Source: Camelus ferus
Taxonomy: Eukaryota
Direction: 5' to 3'
NCBI RefSeq assembly: GCF_009834535.1
Contig: NC_045697.1
Location: 81,036,001-81,100,000 of the forward strand
Length of the DNA stretch: 64,000 nucleotides
Of the stretch, positions 53,226-64,000 are shown one piece after another. Numbering within the stretch: position 1 is the first letter of the stretch; each line of letters starts with the position of its first letter. The notes below the pieces were generated by a model, which saw only the letters and a list, made by a program, of their open reading frames with translations, was not told where the DNA came from and searched no databases. The translations under genes were made by a program, and so were the position numbers.

Positions 53226-55301
53226 AGCTTATCAACAAGATTTATCCAGAGTTGATGACCCAAGTACATCCTGAAAAAATGCTTAGTATTACATTATACT
53301 TACCTCCAGCATCTTTTGATAATGGAGACTTAATGCAAATAGACATTGAAAGTTAATGTCATAACATGGTGGAGTTAGGCAATTTACCAAAAGCACCTAT
53401 AGCTATTTTCCATAAAAACACACATGCGAAGCATTTGCAGCCTTCACATTACACAAAATTACTAAAAGCAATGCTGAGAATTTAGGAGGAGTTATATTCT
53501 ATGCCAGTCAGTGTCTCTTTTTCATTGTTGCCTGCCATTTCTTAATTGAAATGTCTTTCTCCTGTGTAGGATTAGCCTTTTTTGGAGCCAAATTGAAGAC
53601 TGAAACTGTCTGTCATTATTGTTTACACTTTGGAATTGTTTTCCCAAAGGACTGTAATCAGTTTGCTTTTAAAGACTGAGTGATAAGTTTGAAAGAGAGT
53701 GATGGGCAGAAAATTAAAAATAAAAAGATTGTGAAATGAAACTATATAAAATAACTTGGAAAATTGTCTTATCAGATTTGGCCAATTAGTCTGAAGCAAG
53801 CTCTAAATTCATACTCTTATAAATGTCAAGTCATTATGTGTATCAGAAGTGGTTCAATTTTAGCCCATCCACATGCCTATGATTTAGAAAAATAAGTGGA
53901 AGACACCTGGCGATGAACATTCCAAAATGACCTTATTTACAGCTAATCAATATTGGACAACAACCACATGGCTTTTTATTTTTCATTTTTCAGTTATGCT
54001 TGCCTCTAAATGAACAGGTTTGGGGAAGCTAAGGATTGAATTTGAGTTGGCAGGACAACAAGAAACAAGTCTTTTTTGTATTGATACCTTTCTGCCTAGA
54101 GATAGGTAATTTGAGAAATAGCCCTCCATTTAAATCCTCTCTTCAAAATTACTAAAATCATTTAGTAATGGCATATGGTAATAAAATATCCCATTGTCTC
54201 ATATTCCAATGCTTAGATAAAACATTTTACTGTCATGAATCTAATACCTCTGTATGCCTAAAGATAGAATTTCTGAGTGTTCATTTACACTACATCCACA
54301 TATACACACACAGCTGTAAATTGGGCAGTTGGTTTTGAATAAAATTAGTCTATCCACATATCGTAACACTTACCCTTTTTGAGTCTGATGCATCAGTGAA
54401 ACTTTACTTTTGTCAATCTCTTCCAAGTCCGAGTCATGGTGTAAAAGAATGTATTTTTTCTGCTTGTCTGCTTCCATCATTTTTATTTCTGAAAGTCTTG
54501 ATTCGATAATCTCCGAAAGTCTGCTTAAATCTTAAGGTGGTTTTAAAGGTATGCCTATTTGTATCCTATGACAACATTTGGGGGAAAACTTCAGGGCAGA
54601 TGGCTTAATAGTCTGAGCTCCCCAGTTTAGTGTTAAGTCCCAAACCCAGGTGGCCTGTGGGGCTTTTCTGTCACTGCAGGTAGGATTTCAGTCCCGCCTT
54701 CACAGGACTGCCTGTGGGGAGGTGGAAGGAGAGAGCAAGTCCAGCAAGATAAAGGACTCCTGTGAGGAGAGGGGGCGAGAAATTCAATATCTATAAATAG
54801 CCAACAAAGCCTGGGGTAGATTTTCCTCTAAATTTTTCTTTCATCTGAAATTGTTATTTCACCAAAAAAAAAAAAAAAAGAGTTCTTAAAAATGGGGGAA
54901 AACCACAGTGGCATCTTGAGATTCCATACTCTGTGAGACACAGATTTAATTCACAGACTCACACTGAATAGCATTCTTGAGCCAGATTTCTTTCACTCTA
55001 GCTCAGGTGATTATAGTCTCCTGGCTCCTGTGATCATTTTTATTCATGTCAGAATGCAAATTCTTTCAGATAACATTTTAAAAAAAATTCATTCTGATAT
55101 GTAACCTTGGCAATAATAGATTAATACATATGTGTTGCATATAAATAGAGCTCATTACTCAGATGATTATTGACAAAGGCTAGAAAATGAGTAGCTTTCT
55201 CCTATATTTCTCCATTTCTTTGTAACTTGTTGCTTCTGTTTATCTTGTAGGGATGGTTACTTACACATGCAGCTGCTGTCTTTTCACCTTTCTCTTAGAG
55301 A

Positions 55302-55496
55302 CATAGTTCTCAGTCCTGCCTGAACATTAAAGCATCTGGGGAGTGTTTAAAGCATACCAATGACAGGGTCCCAAGCCAGTTAAATTAAATCAGAATTTTT
55401 GAAGGTAGAGCCTATTTGTATTAAAAAGAAAAAAAACAAAAAAATAAAAAACTTTCTAAGTAATTCCAAGATCCAGCTCATACTAAAAAATACTGC
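55302..55496. mobile_element. MER5-family hAT MITE
   Basis: 'catagttctca..cattaaagcatctggggagtgtttaaa..ttaaatcagaatttttg..aaatactg'. Confidence 0.7.
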
Positions 55497-55584
55497 CTTA
55501 AAACTGTTTTCAGTTGTTGCTTATTAGGTAACGTTTTTGGTTGCATTCATCGTAAATCTACTCTTATCAGCTTAGACAAAGAAT

Positions 55585-56121
55585 GCTGAGTGTGATGGAG
55601 ACTTGGCAGCAAGCTTTTGCCCTTTCCTGGGAATGTGAACTGGATGTAGTGACTACATGATGTTTGAATGGTGTCTCTTGAGTGTGAGGTAAATATGTTC
55701 CTGTGTGGGAGAAGGAGTAAGAGGCATTTGGTGACCAGAAGGGTTAACTATGGCAGTGACTGACTAGCTGGTCACCAAACTCTTTTTCTCTCTCTTGGGC
55801 ACACAGCTAGATGGTATGCAGATAATGTGTGACCATTGGACTGAGTTCTAGTCAATGGATAGTGTAGAAGTGATTCTGACACTTTCAGGTCTGGACCATA
55901 AACACTTTCTTTATTCCCTTGCTCAACTCAGGATTTAGAGGAAGGCAGAGTCACAAGATGGAAGAAGCTGCCAAAGTCTATAAATTTTCAAATGAAGGAC
56001 ACCTCCTAAGAGAGCCATCTTACCAACACCACTCCCATCGGGCTATTATGTTAGCAGCAGACACATTTTTCCTGTGGTCAGTGGCTGATACCTGAAGGCT
56101 TCCTGTTGACAACAGTTAGCC
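55585..56121 (+). mobile_element. MLT1J-like internal 3' end plus LTR (LTR from ~55749)
   Basis: 'tgtgtgggagaaggagtaa..tttggtgaccagaaggg' then 'tatggcagtgactgactagctggtcaccaaac..gggcacacagctaga..actgagttctagtcaatgga'. Confidence 0.8.
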
Positions 56122-57579
56122 TGTAGAGGAAAGTATCAGAAGACAAGATCGATCATCATGTCTCAGGGAGAGAAGGATCCAGGTCAGCTGTGAGAATCTC
56201 AGCAGACACTTCACTCAATTTATATCTAGGGCACTGTATGCAATGGAGCTCCAACAAATTCCAGCCTCCATGTTACCTCGTTCTGAACTTCGGTTTGCTG
56301 GAAATAATCATCTGAATGGTCCACAGATGATTATCTGCTCAACCCTGAATCAGTCAGTTAGCTGTGGCCAGTGGAAAAGAGTCCAGCTTGGAGAAGACAT
56401 AAGCTTCTTACATGCACGTCAAGCACCAACCACTAGGGCCTTGCCCTCTCCACCCCATTTAATGATTTTTTTCTGTTATATTTCACTGATTGTTGTTATT
56501 ATTTCAATGGTGCTGTTGTGTAAATCCCCTCAAAGCCTGTATGAAATTAGTAGGAAAAAATAAATGTATAAATAATAAATATGTAATAAATAATAAAGTG
56601 ATAAATGACTCTATTTCTTTCCTCTTTTTAAATTAGCTGTGGTATTTATTTCTCCACAGGACTTTGGCATTATTCATACTCTACAAAGTCTTCAAAGGTT
56701 TCCAACAGTAGTTCACTGATCTCATTTACACATTTTCCTATATCCTGATATACAATTATCTTCCCACCGTGAGAACTTGATTCACTTACAGCAGCCTGGC
56801 TATTCTTGTGCAATCTCCTTGTTCATATTATGTTTTATTTCCTTCTTACCATGCTGAAAATCATTCTCCTTGAGAGGGACAATAGGAACATGATAACAGA
56901 GAAGATATGCCTCATGTTGTCCATCAATAGTACATCATAGGCTGCTGAAAACAAGCCTTCGTATTTCATCACCTTTTTTTGATTTGAATTTAAACAGAAG
57001 AATAAACATTGTTAAGAGCAATTTTTTTTTAAGCCTAAACTCATTAGGGGCTTTAGATGCGAGGACATTGATCACATTGCTGTGTGACATCTCCTTATTT
57101 ATCTTTAAGTACATTTTCCCCACCATTTTGTGTGGATTTTAAAGTGTGAGCTTGTGTGAACACACTGTATATACTTTTCCTGGCATTTTTTAGCTATCAT
57201 CTTCTATCTTTCTTGATGGGATCATTTATGATTTAAAAAATAAATATTTTATTTCTGAGAACCCCTAAGCACTTTCTAGGACAAAATCTCATATCGTGAG
57301 ATCAATACCCTTTCCTAAATATTTGGATTTCTGCCTTCCAGGATACATGACTCCATCTTCTCAGTTATTATAAACTCTAAAATGACAGAGTTTCTTTGTC
57401 CTTGTTTCTGTTTTGCAATGAGAGGAATAGTGCCACCTGAGGAAAGCTGGTCATCCTTCAGAAGAAGTGACTGATGATCACCTTTCAGGCTTTTGTTCCC
57501 AGATTTGCTGTCTTGGAAATATAATTGTTAATGTATGCACAGTCACCAGCCTAGCTGCAAAACTAGCCAAAAGCACAGC

Positions 57580-57620
57580 AAAATAAAAAAACAAAACAAA
57601 ACAAACAAAACAAAACAAAC
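57580..57620. repeat. (AAAAC)n-like simple repeat
   Basis: Read directly from the sequence. Confidence 0.85.
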
Positions 57621-59558
57621 AGGATGACAGTTTATGAATTTACCCTAACAAATCTGTATCAGCCAGGACATGTGGATACTTGCATTAAATGATGAGCTTA
57701 TTCTTTCTCTGTAGTCAAACGTGCACCGAAAGTCAAATTGTAATCTAAAATCATGAAATCAGATTAATTAAAATGAGTTGGATGGTTTTAATCATTAGGG
57801 CATCACTCTGTGAGAACGTGATGCTTCTATCTTAGTGAGAAGGAAATATCTAAATATGAAATATTTTTCACACTGCTGCTCAGGAACTTCAAAAGACTTT
57901 CAATGTGTTTTGAGGATTTATTAACTTTTTGATTATATTTTACTTCTGCTTTACACTTTTAGATTCATAAAAAATGAATTATGAAGATCAGGCTCCATTT
58001 CTTTTTAGGAATTATTCACAGTTGAAAATAATTTTTAATTCTCAATTAAATGTTCTGAAATTGATGTGAACAGCCTTGTATACGTTTGAGGACAGTATTT
58101 TCAAGGCTCTCAGTATGTTTTCTTCTATAAAAAGCTCCATAGCCTATTCAATTTTGAGAAACTCTGCTATAGTTGAGTAGGATCGTTGGCCCGGGATAAC
58201 ACCAAAAACACTGCTGACATTTGAAAGTGTGATTTTGCCCAATTCTTTCCTTCCATTTCTAATCATATACACCAGAGTTTTTATTAGACATCTTAGCTTA
58301 TTGAATCCTGATTGCTAAGAGTCTTGTCGATAAGCCATTTACCTCCCTATTAACAACTAAATCTCTCTTATCTTTTGCTAGCCAATCAGTCATAAATTAC
58401 CTGCAAAGGCTTGTCTTAAATCCAAGTGCCAAGTTTCAGTGATTTGCTTAGAAAGACTTAAGCATGCAGAAACATAAAACATTCCTTGTTGGCCCAGTCC
58501 CCAAGGCAAATTTGCCTATTTCTGCTTTAAAACTTTATGTATTAATAGCTTAACTCTCCAAAAAAAATCTTGTTTTCTCTGTTTTCAAATTCTCTGTGGC
58601 TTCATCCTTTCTGATTCCTGCTAATTTCACTTCAACACAAATTCATCCTTATGGGTCTGGAGTAGTGGTTTTCTTTCTCTCCAAGATGGATTTTTCAGCA
58701 CAGTGAGAATTTGTCAGGGATTATGCTTATTAGCCAAACCAAATGCCAGGGATTTCCTAGTATTTGGAAGCTGCCAATGGCTCCTAATCTTTGTGACAAG
58801 AGTGGATCAGATGGTCTAGAATACTTCCACAATAGTAGTATTTCCATTTCCCATTCCATTTCTCTTTAGTGATATATTTACTAGTCAACGTGCATTGTCC
58901 CTGAGGATTCACAGATTTTCATGCAAGTGACTACTTTCTTGAGATACTGCTTTCCTCCCTAAACAAGTCTGCTTTCACAGAGGGAACACACTTTTACTGC
59001 TCTAATCCAGCATTTAGCGCCATTTCAACTAGTCTCCGTAAAGCTTCCGCGATCTTATTAACCACTCTAAAGGTATAGTTGCAACTTCAGCTGGTCTTTT
59101 AACACCACCCGACTGCCATGTTTCTCTTGTCAGCTCCCTTTCCCATTCTCCATGATAACTTTATCAAACATGCTCTAGTTTTTGTCAAAGCTCTCTTGTC
59201 TACCCTCACTTCAAAGGAAATCAAAGACTTAATAGTTGAGTAATCCCAAATTGGGTTTGGGCTAGGGCAGAGAGGGATGGGTGTAAAAACCTACCTGTAC
59301 CTGCACCCACGTTTACCTCTTCCTCTTCTCTCACAGGGCTTAGTAACTCGTTGCTAGGTGCCAGTGAACTAGGTGCTGGCACCTGTTCTACAGGGCTCCT
59401 TCATTTCCTCACTTCCATCACCTCCACACTAACTTTGTCTTTATCCTTGTCTTCTCACCCAGAACGTCTATTTCCTTTTGGATATTAGATTCAAATATAC
59501 AAATCTGAATGTGGATTCAATCCTTGGTAAAATCTATCTGCTTAATCAAAATCTGAAT

Positions 59559-59742
59559 TTTTTTTAATTGATTTATAGTTGATTTACAGTGTTGTGTTTC
59601 CAGTGTACAGCATAGTGATTCAGTTACATATATATTCTTTTTTAATTATAGATTATTACAAGATATTGAATATAGTGCCCTGTGCTACACAGTAGGACCT
59701 TGTTGCTTATCTATTTTACATATAGTAGTTAGTATCTGCAAA
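59559..59742 (-). mobile_element. Short L1 3' end (artiodactyl type)
   Basis: 'tttaattgatttatagttgatttacagtgttgtg..gtgctacacagtaggaccttgttg..tagtatctgcaaa'; same family as 33531-33963. Confidence 0.9.
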
Positions 59743-62099
59743 TGAATCTTTATGAGTTTCATCATTATCTGCTTTCTGAACTAGTCTCCTTTGGTTCATC
59801 ACATTTCTAGACTATTCATCTAGACTAAGAGTCCTCAGACTATTCCATATCCATCCCATCATCTGAGTCAAAGGAGACACTGAAGCTGATGCCTGACTCC
59901 AGCTTCTCATCTCCCTAATCCATCCTGGATGAGCAGTAAGGATAATTTCCTTTGACAGACACAGTCATCTTGTCGGATTCCTGCCCCTGAAGTCAGATCA
60001 CCTCAGCAAGCTGTGGCTACTACTTACTCTCCCCTGACTCATAGTGGGGCTGTTTTCTCATCTATTAATTGAGGATTGATGACAATGTCTGGCCTGCCCA
60101 CTGCAGATGATTAACTGGGAGAACACTTGAAAGAACTGCCAAGAGCCATACTTACAAATTATGATTTTCACATAGCAAGTTTATAACCTTCTTCTTGCAT
60201 TTTGAAACTCTATACATATTTTTTTTCCCTGTTTATCTATTCCATATTTCTTTGCTGCTTCTCAAAATGAGCCCTTTAGGAGAAGGTTTTCACTGACCTA
60301 AAAATATAAGAAAAATCTTCCCACCTTTTGTTTTGGTTTGGTGTGTCCCTTTGTCTGGATTATCATTCTTTTTTATATATAAACCTGTCAAGATATATTA
60401 TCAGGTCCAGTTCCATCTTTATTTCTTCTATGAAGTTTATCCAATAGCTTCAGTCACCATACATCTCTTCCTTCTTTAAAGTTTTTGATTATGACCTGTT
60501 AAAATACTTGCTGTAACAGTTAATTACACTTCTGTTATCATTAATCTTTCACTTCAGCAACTAGCACAGTGTGGTAGGTGCTCAGTAACAGTTTTGACTG
60601 ACTGATGTAAGTAGCAAACATTGTATATTATAGCGAAGGACAAATGCTTCTTTGAAAGTTTATTCCTAATATTATTTGCAAAAGGGCTGATGAAACAATT
60701 GCATTAACAAGACAAAAATTATTACTTTGTGGATTAGAAATTGCTAGATGTAGATAAACAACCCAATATTATATTCGAGTGAACCATAAGAACAAATCAG
60801 CCTAAATATATTGTAAATCTGCAATGTGCTTATGTCACTTGACAATGAGTTCCAGCAACATAAATTGATACCACGGGCAGGTTTCCTATTAATCATCCTT
60901 CACCAGGGCATTGTGTTAAATGTTTAAATAACAGGATGATAGGAGTCTTGTTGACAATTTAATTCCTGATTTCCAGGCTCTGGAAAACAGAGTCTCTCCT
61001 CTCCCTCCCTGGAGGACGTGAAGTCCATTAAAATGTCATTATTCTGCATGTGTAACGATGTCATTGCTCTTGGTCTCTGTGCAGGTAAAATTGCAGTCGG
61101 TGCTTGGTGATGAAGTACCACTGATTGATCCTCATAGATTCACTCCTTTCTCCGTCTTACAAGGAAGATCCTGTTTTTAATCACCTTGCTGTGTTCTTCC
61201 TGTGCCTTATTCATTATGCAAGGAGGTCAGCTATTTACATTAAATATGACTAATTAAAAAGAGAACCCCAAGGTAAAGTGTACAGAGGCCCTCTGGTAAT
61301 TGCAGTGATACCTGTGAATAATAATGACAATTAATGAGACCTGTAATAGCTTTGCAAATAGTCATTTGCCCACTCACAGGAGGCGAATAACAATTTGCAC
61401 TGAGTGAGGAGAGTCAACTCTTGTGATTCATTTGAGCATTCCTTCTTCTTCTCTCCCTTCTCAAGCCAACTCTGTTTTTGGCAGTTCAGAAATTCCTGAA
61501 GAAAAGGGTAGACTCGAAACCACGCTCCAAGGGATAGCACAGTGTTCCGATGCAAGGAGCATCTTCTCTGCATGGGCTACTTTATGGAAAATGATACAAT
61601 TAGGCTGCACTGGAGTATCCTTAGGAATGACAAGAAGGATGGCTAGTTTGAAATGCAGAAGGAGTGGAGAAATTTGCTGAAAGTAGGATCTTCTCATTTT
61701 ATGGCTAGAAGGGGCAATAAAAGCCATCCATTGAGAAAACTGGGGTTAAGTAAGGCAAAGAAATTTGTTCGAGGTTTTATAACTTGTTTGTGTCAGAGTT
61801 GTGCCAAGAAGAGCTTCACAGAGTGACCTCCGAGGGCTTAGACAGTCTTGTGAAGGAGCACAGGTGGGACTAGGTTGGGAGGACCTCACTATGATATTAT
61901 AGTGCTATCTAGGAGTTTAACTAGAAATGGCAGGTTGCTAGAGAAGGAACAGAGAACTGTACAGGTGAAACACATGGCCAGCAGGCTATGAAGGCTGACA
62001 GCACAGAAGACATGAAAACAACAGACCTGGGCATTGCTCCCTAAATTCAGGCAGAAGCATCTAATCATCTTGCTCTGACTTAAAAGCAAGCAAGCAAAT

Positions 62100-62475
62100 A
62101 CACTTCACTCCTGGTTAATACCGTGTTTGCTTGGAAAATTGGTATCCCTTTCTCCTCAGGGCATCCCGATTTCTTCCATGCCATTCTGCCTTCAGATCTT
62201 AGATGAAGTGCTTTTTGCTGAGACATTTCCCTTGATTTCTGACAAGGTCAGATTCATCCCTCCATGAGAGAATTTCACCACATCGTGAATCTTTTTTTTG
62301 GAGCAGCTATTGTGTCTTTGGTGTACAGTTTATTTGACTAATAAGAATCTTCATCCCTAGGTTTAAAGTCCTGTGAGACCAGAATGGTATCCGCTTTTCA
62401 ATACTGTTGTATTATTCTTCCCTAGCTTGTGCCTGACACAGAGTAGGCAATTAGTTTTAATGAATGAATGAATAA
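62100..62475 (+). mobile_element. L2 3' fragment
   Basis: Ends 'gtgcctgacacagagtaggcaattagttttaatgaatgaatgaat'. Confidence 0.75.
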
Positions 62476-62814
62476 AAAAATGTATGAAAGGAAATGAAAT
62501 AGAGCATCATCTTCTAGGGAAAAAAACCCACAGCATATTGCTTTATGAGGACGGCTGGTCAGACTCCCTCAAGACAGAGCCTGCCTCTGCCTTACTCACC
62601 GCAGAATCTTTCCCACTTTGCTATTACTTGACATGCAGCTTGTAAGATACACTTAGTGATTGAATGGGCACCTGTTTCTCATGTTAGGAAGTGAATGTGG
62701 CTTTTAACTACTATATTTAAAATTCCAAAATTATTCACAAGTTTACTGGCCAGTAGGAAATTGTTTAGTTTGCGGGAGACTTACATATGAAACGATTCAA
62801 TTTGCTGCCAAGTC

Positions 62815-62922
62815 GGGGAGGGTATAGCTCAGGGGTAGAATGTATACCTAGCACGCAGGAGATCCTGGGTTCAATAAATAAATAAATAAATAAATAAACC
62901 TAATTACCTCCCCCACCAAAAA
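62815..62922 (+). mobile_element. tRNA-derived SINE, Vic-1-like (camelid)
   Basis: GGGGAGGGTATAGCTCAGGGGTAGA (A box) ..CCTGGGTTCAAT (partial B box), (TAAA)n, CCTAATTACCTCCCCC, A tail; 14-bp TSD AATTTGCTGCCAAG at 62799-62812 and 62923-62936. Confidence 0.88.
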
Positions 62923-63109
62923 AATTTGCTGCCAAGACTTTCCACGTTGGCCAGAATAGACGTTGAGCGCCAGTTTTTCAGAATTACGAGCTCTGGTAAA
63001 GTTCCCACGCTATCTACAAGTTCTAGTTTACGTCTAAAGGGGAAGTTTGTGAGCGGCTTGGCCATTTCATCTAGATTTCATTTACACCTTCTCATTTATT
63101 AAAACTTAA

Positions 63110-64000
63110 AGAAGACTTTAACAAATGGCACTGAGTTAGCTGGATATCCATATGCAAAAAATGAAATTAGGTTACCTACCTTATACATATACAAAATTAA
63201 CTCAAAGTGAATCACAGACTTGTGTCTAAATGCTGAAGGCATAAGATTCTTAGAAGAAAAGAGGAGTAAATCTGCATAGTTTCTTAGATACGACACCAAA
63301 AGCACAAGTGACCAAAAAAAAAGATAAATTGGACTTCATGAAAATTTAAATTTTGTGCTTCCAAGGACACCATCAAAAAAGTGAAAAGACAGCTCATATG
63401 GGGAGAGAAAATATTTGCAAATCATATATCTGATAAGGGACCTGTACAGAAATATATAAACTACTCTCAAAATTCACCAATAGAAAGGCAATTTACCTAA
63501 TTAAAAATGGATAACAGATTTGAATAGATGTTTTTCAAAAGATATAAACAGTAGTCCAACAGCAAGTGAAAAGATAATGTCATTTGAGAAGTGCAAGTCA
63601 AAAGTATAGTGAAATGCTACTTCATGCTCATAGATGCTTAAAAAAAAGAATAACTAGTGTTGGTGAAGATGTGGAAGAATTGGACCCCACGTACACACTG
63701 GTAGAAATGTATAATGTTGCTGCCACTTAGGAAAACAGTTTGACAGTTCTTCAAAATGTTAGACATAGAGTTATTGTAAGGCTGGTAATTCCACTCCTAG
63801 GTGTATACTCAAGGGACCTGAAAACATATGTCCACATAAAAATTTGTACACAAGTGTTCATACAAATGTTAGTTATAATAGCCCAAATGTCCACCAACTG
63901 GATGGCATGGATAAACAAAATGTGGTATACCTGTGTAATTGAATAGTATTCTGCCACAGAAAGAAATGAAGTACAGATACTTGCTACAATACAGATGACT
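63110..64000 (+). mobile_element. Old L1 ORF2 3' part (L1MB/MC-like), runs off the window
   Basis: 'tatacaaaattaactcaaagtgaatcacagac..aaatatttgcaaatcatatatctgataaggg'; translates to 'IPLLGVYSRDLKTYVHIKICTQVF..WINKMWY'. Confidence 0.92.

Noticed and set aside
62815..62875. tRNA gene
   Set aside because: No 3' acceptor stem or complete B box; the tail and TSD identify it as a SINE
1..64000. CRISPR arrays, operons or other prokaryote-type novel systems
   Set aside because: The sequence is mammalian and repeat-rich, with no regularly spaced repeat arrays or gene-dense coding structure

Overview
Non-coding, AT-rich, CpG-poor mammalian genomic DNA, either intergenic or inside one large intron. 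It is most likely camelid (camel, alpaca or llama), judged from a Vic-1-type tRNA-derived SINE at ~62.8 kb and the style of the young L1 3' ends. I found no credible protein-coding exon or RNA gene; the ORF track is explained by chance ORFs and LINE remnants. Much of the window is transposon debris: L1 of several ages, many L2 and MIR fragments, MaLR (MLT1) LTR elements, MER5/MER58 hAT elements, and a long fragmented CR1/L3 fossil that still shows ORF1 esterase, endonuclease and RT motifs. Repeat-free blocks carry enhancer-like motifs, a CTCF-like site and a small CpG-rich patch at ~25.8-26.0 kb. The most unusual structures are atypical L1 insertions: a ~130-bp duplication flanking a tiny L1, an insertion with poly(A) tracts at both ends, and a classic 5' inversion. 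I see no evidence of a new biological system. Repeat subfamily names come from remembered consensus sequences, and most repeat boundaries are approximate to tens of bp.
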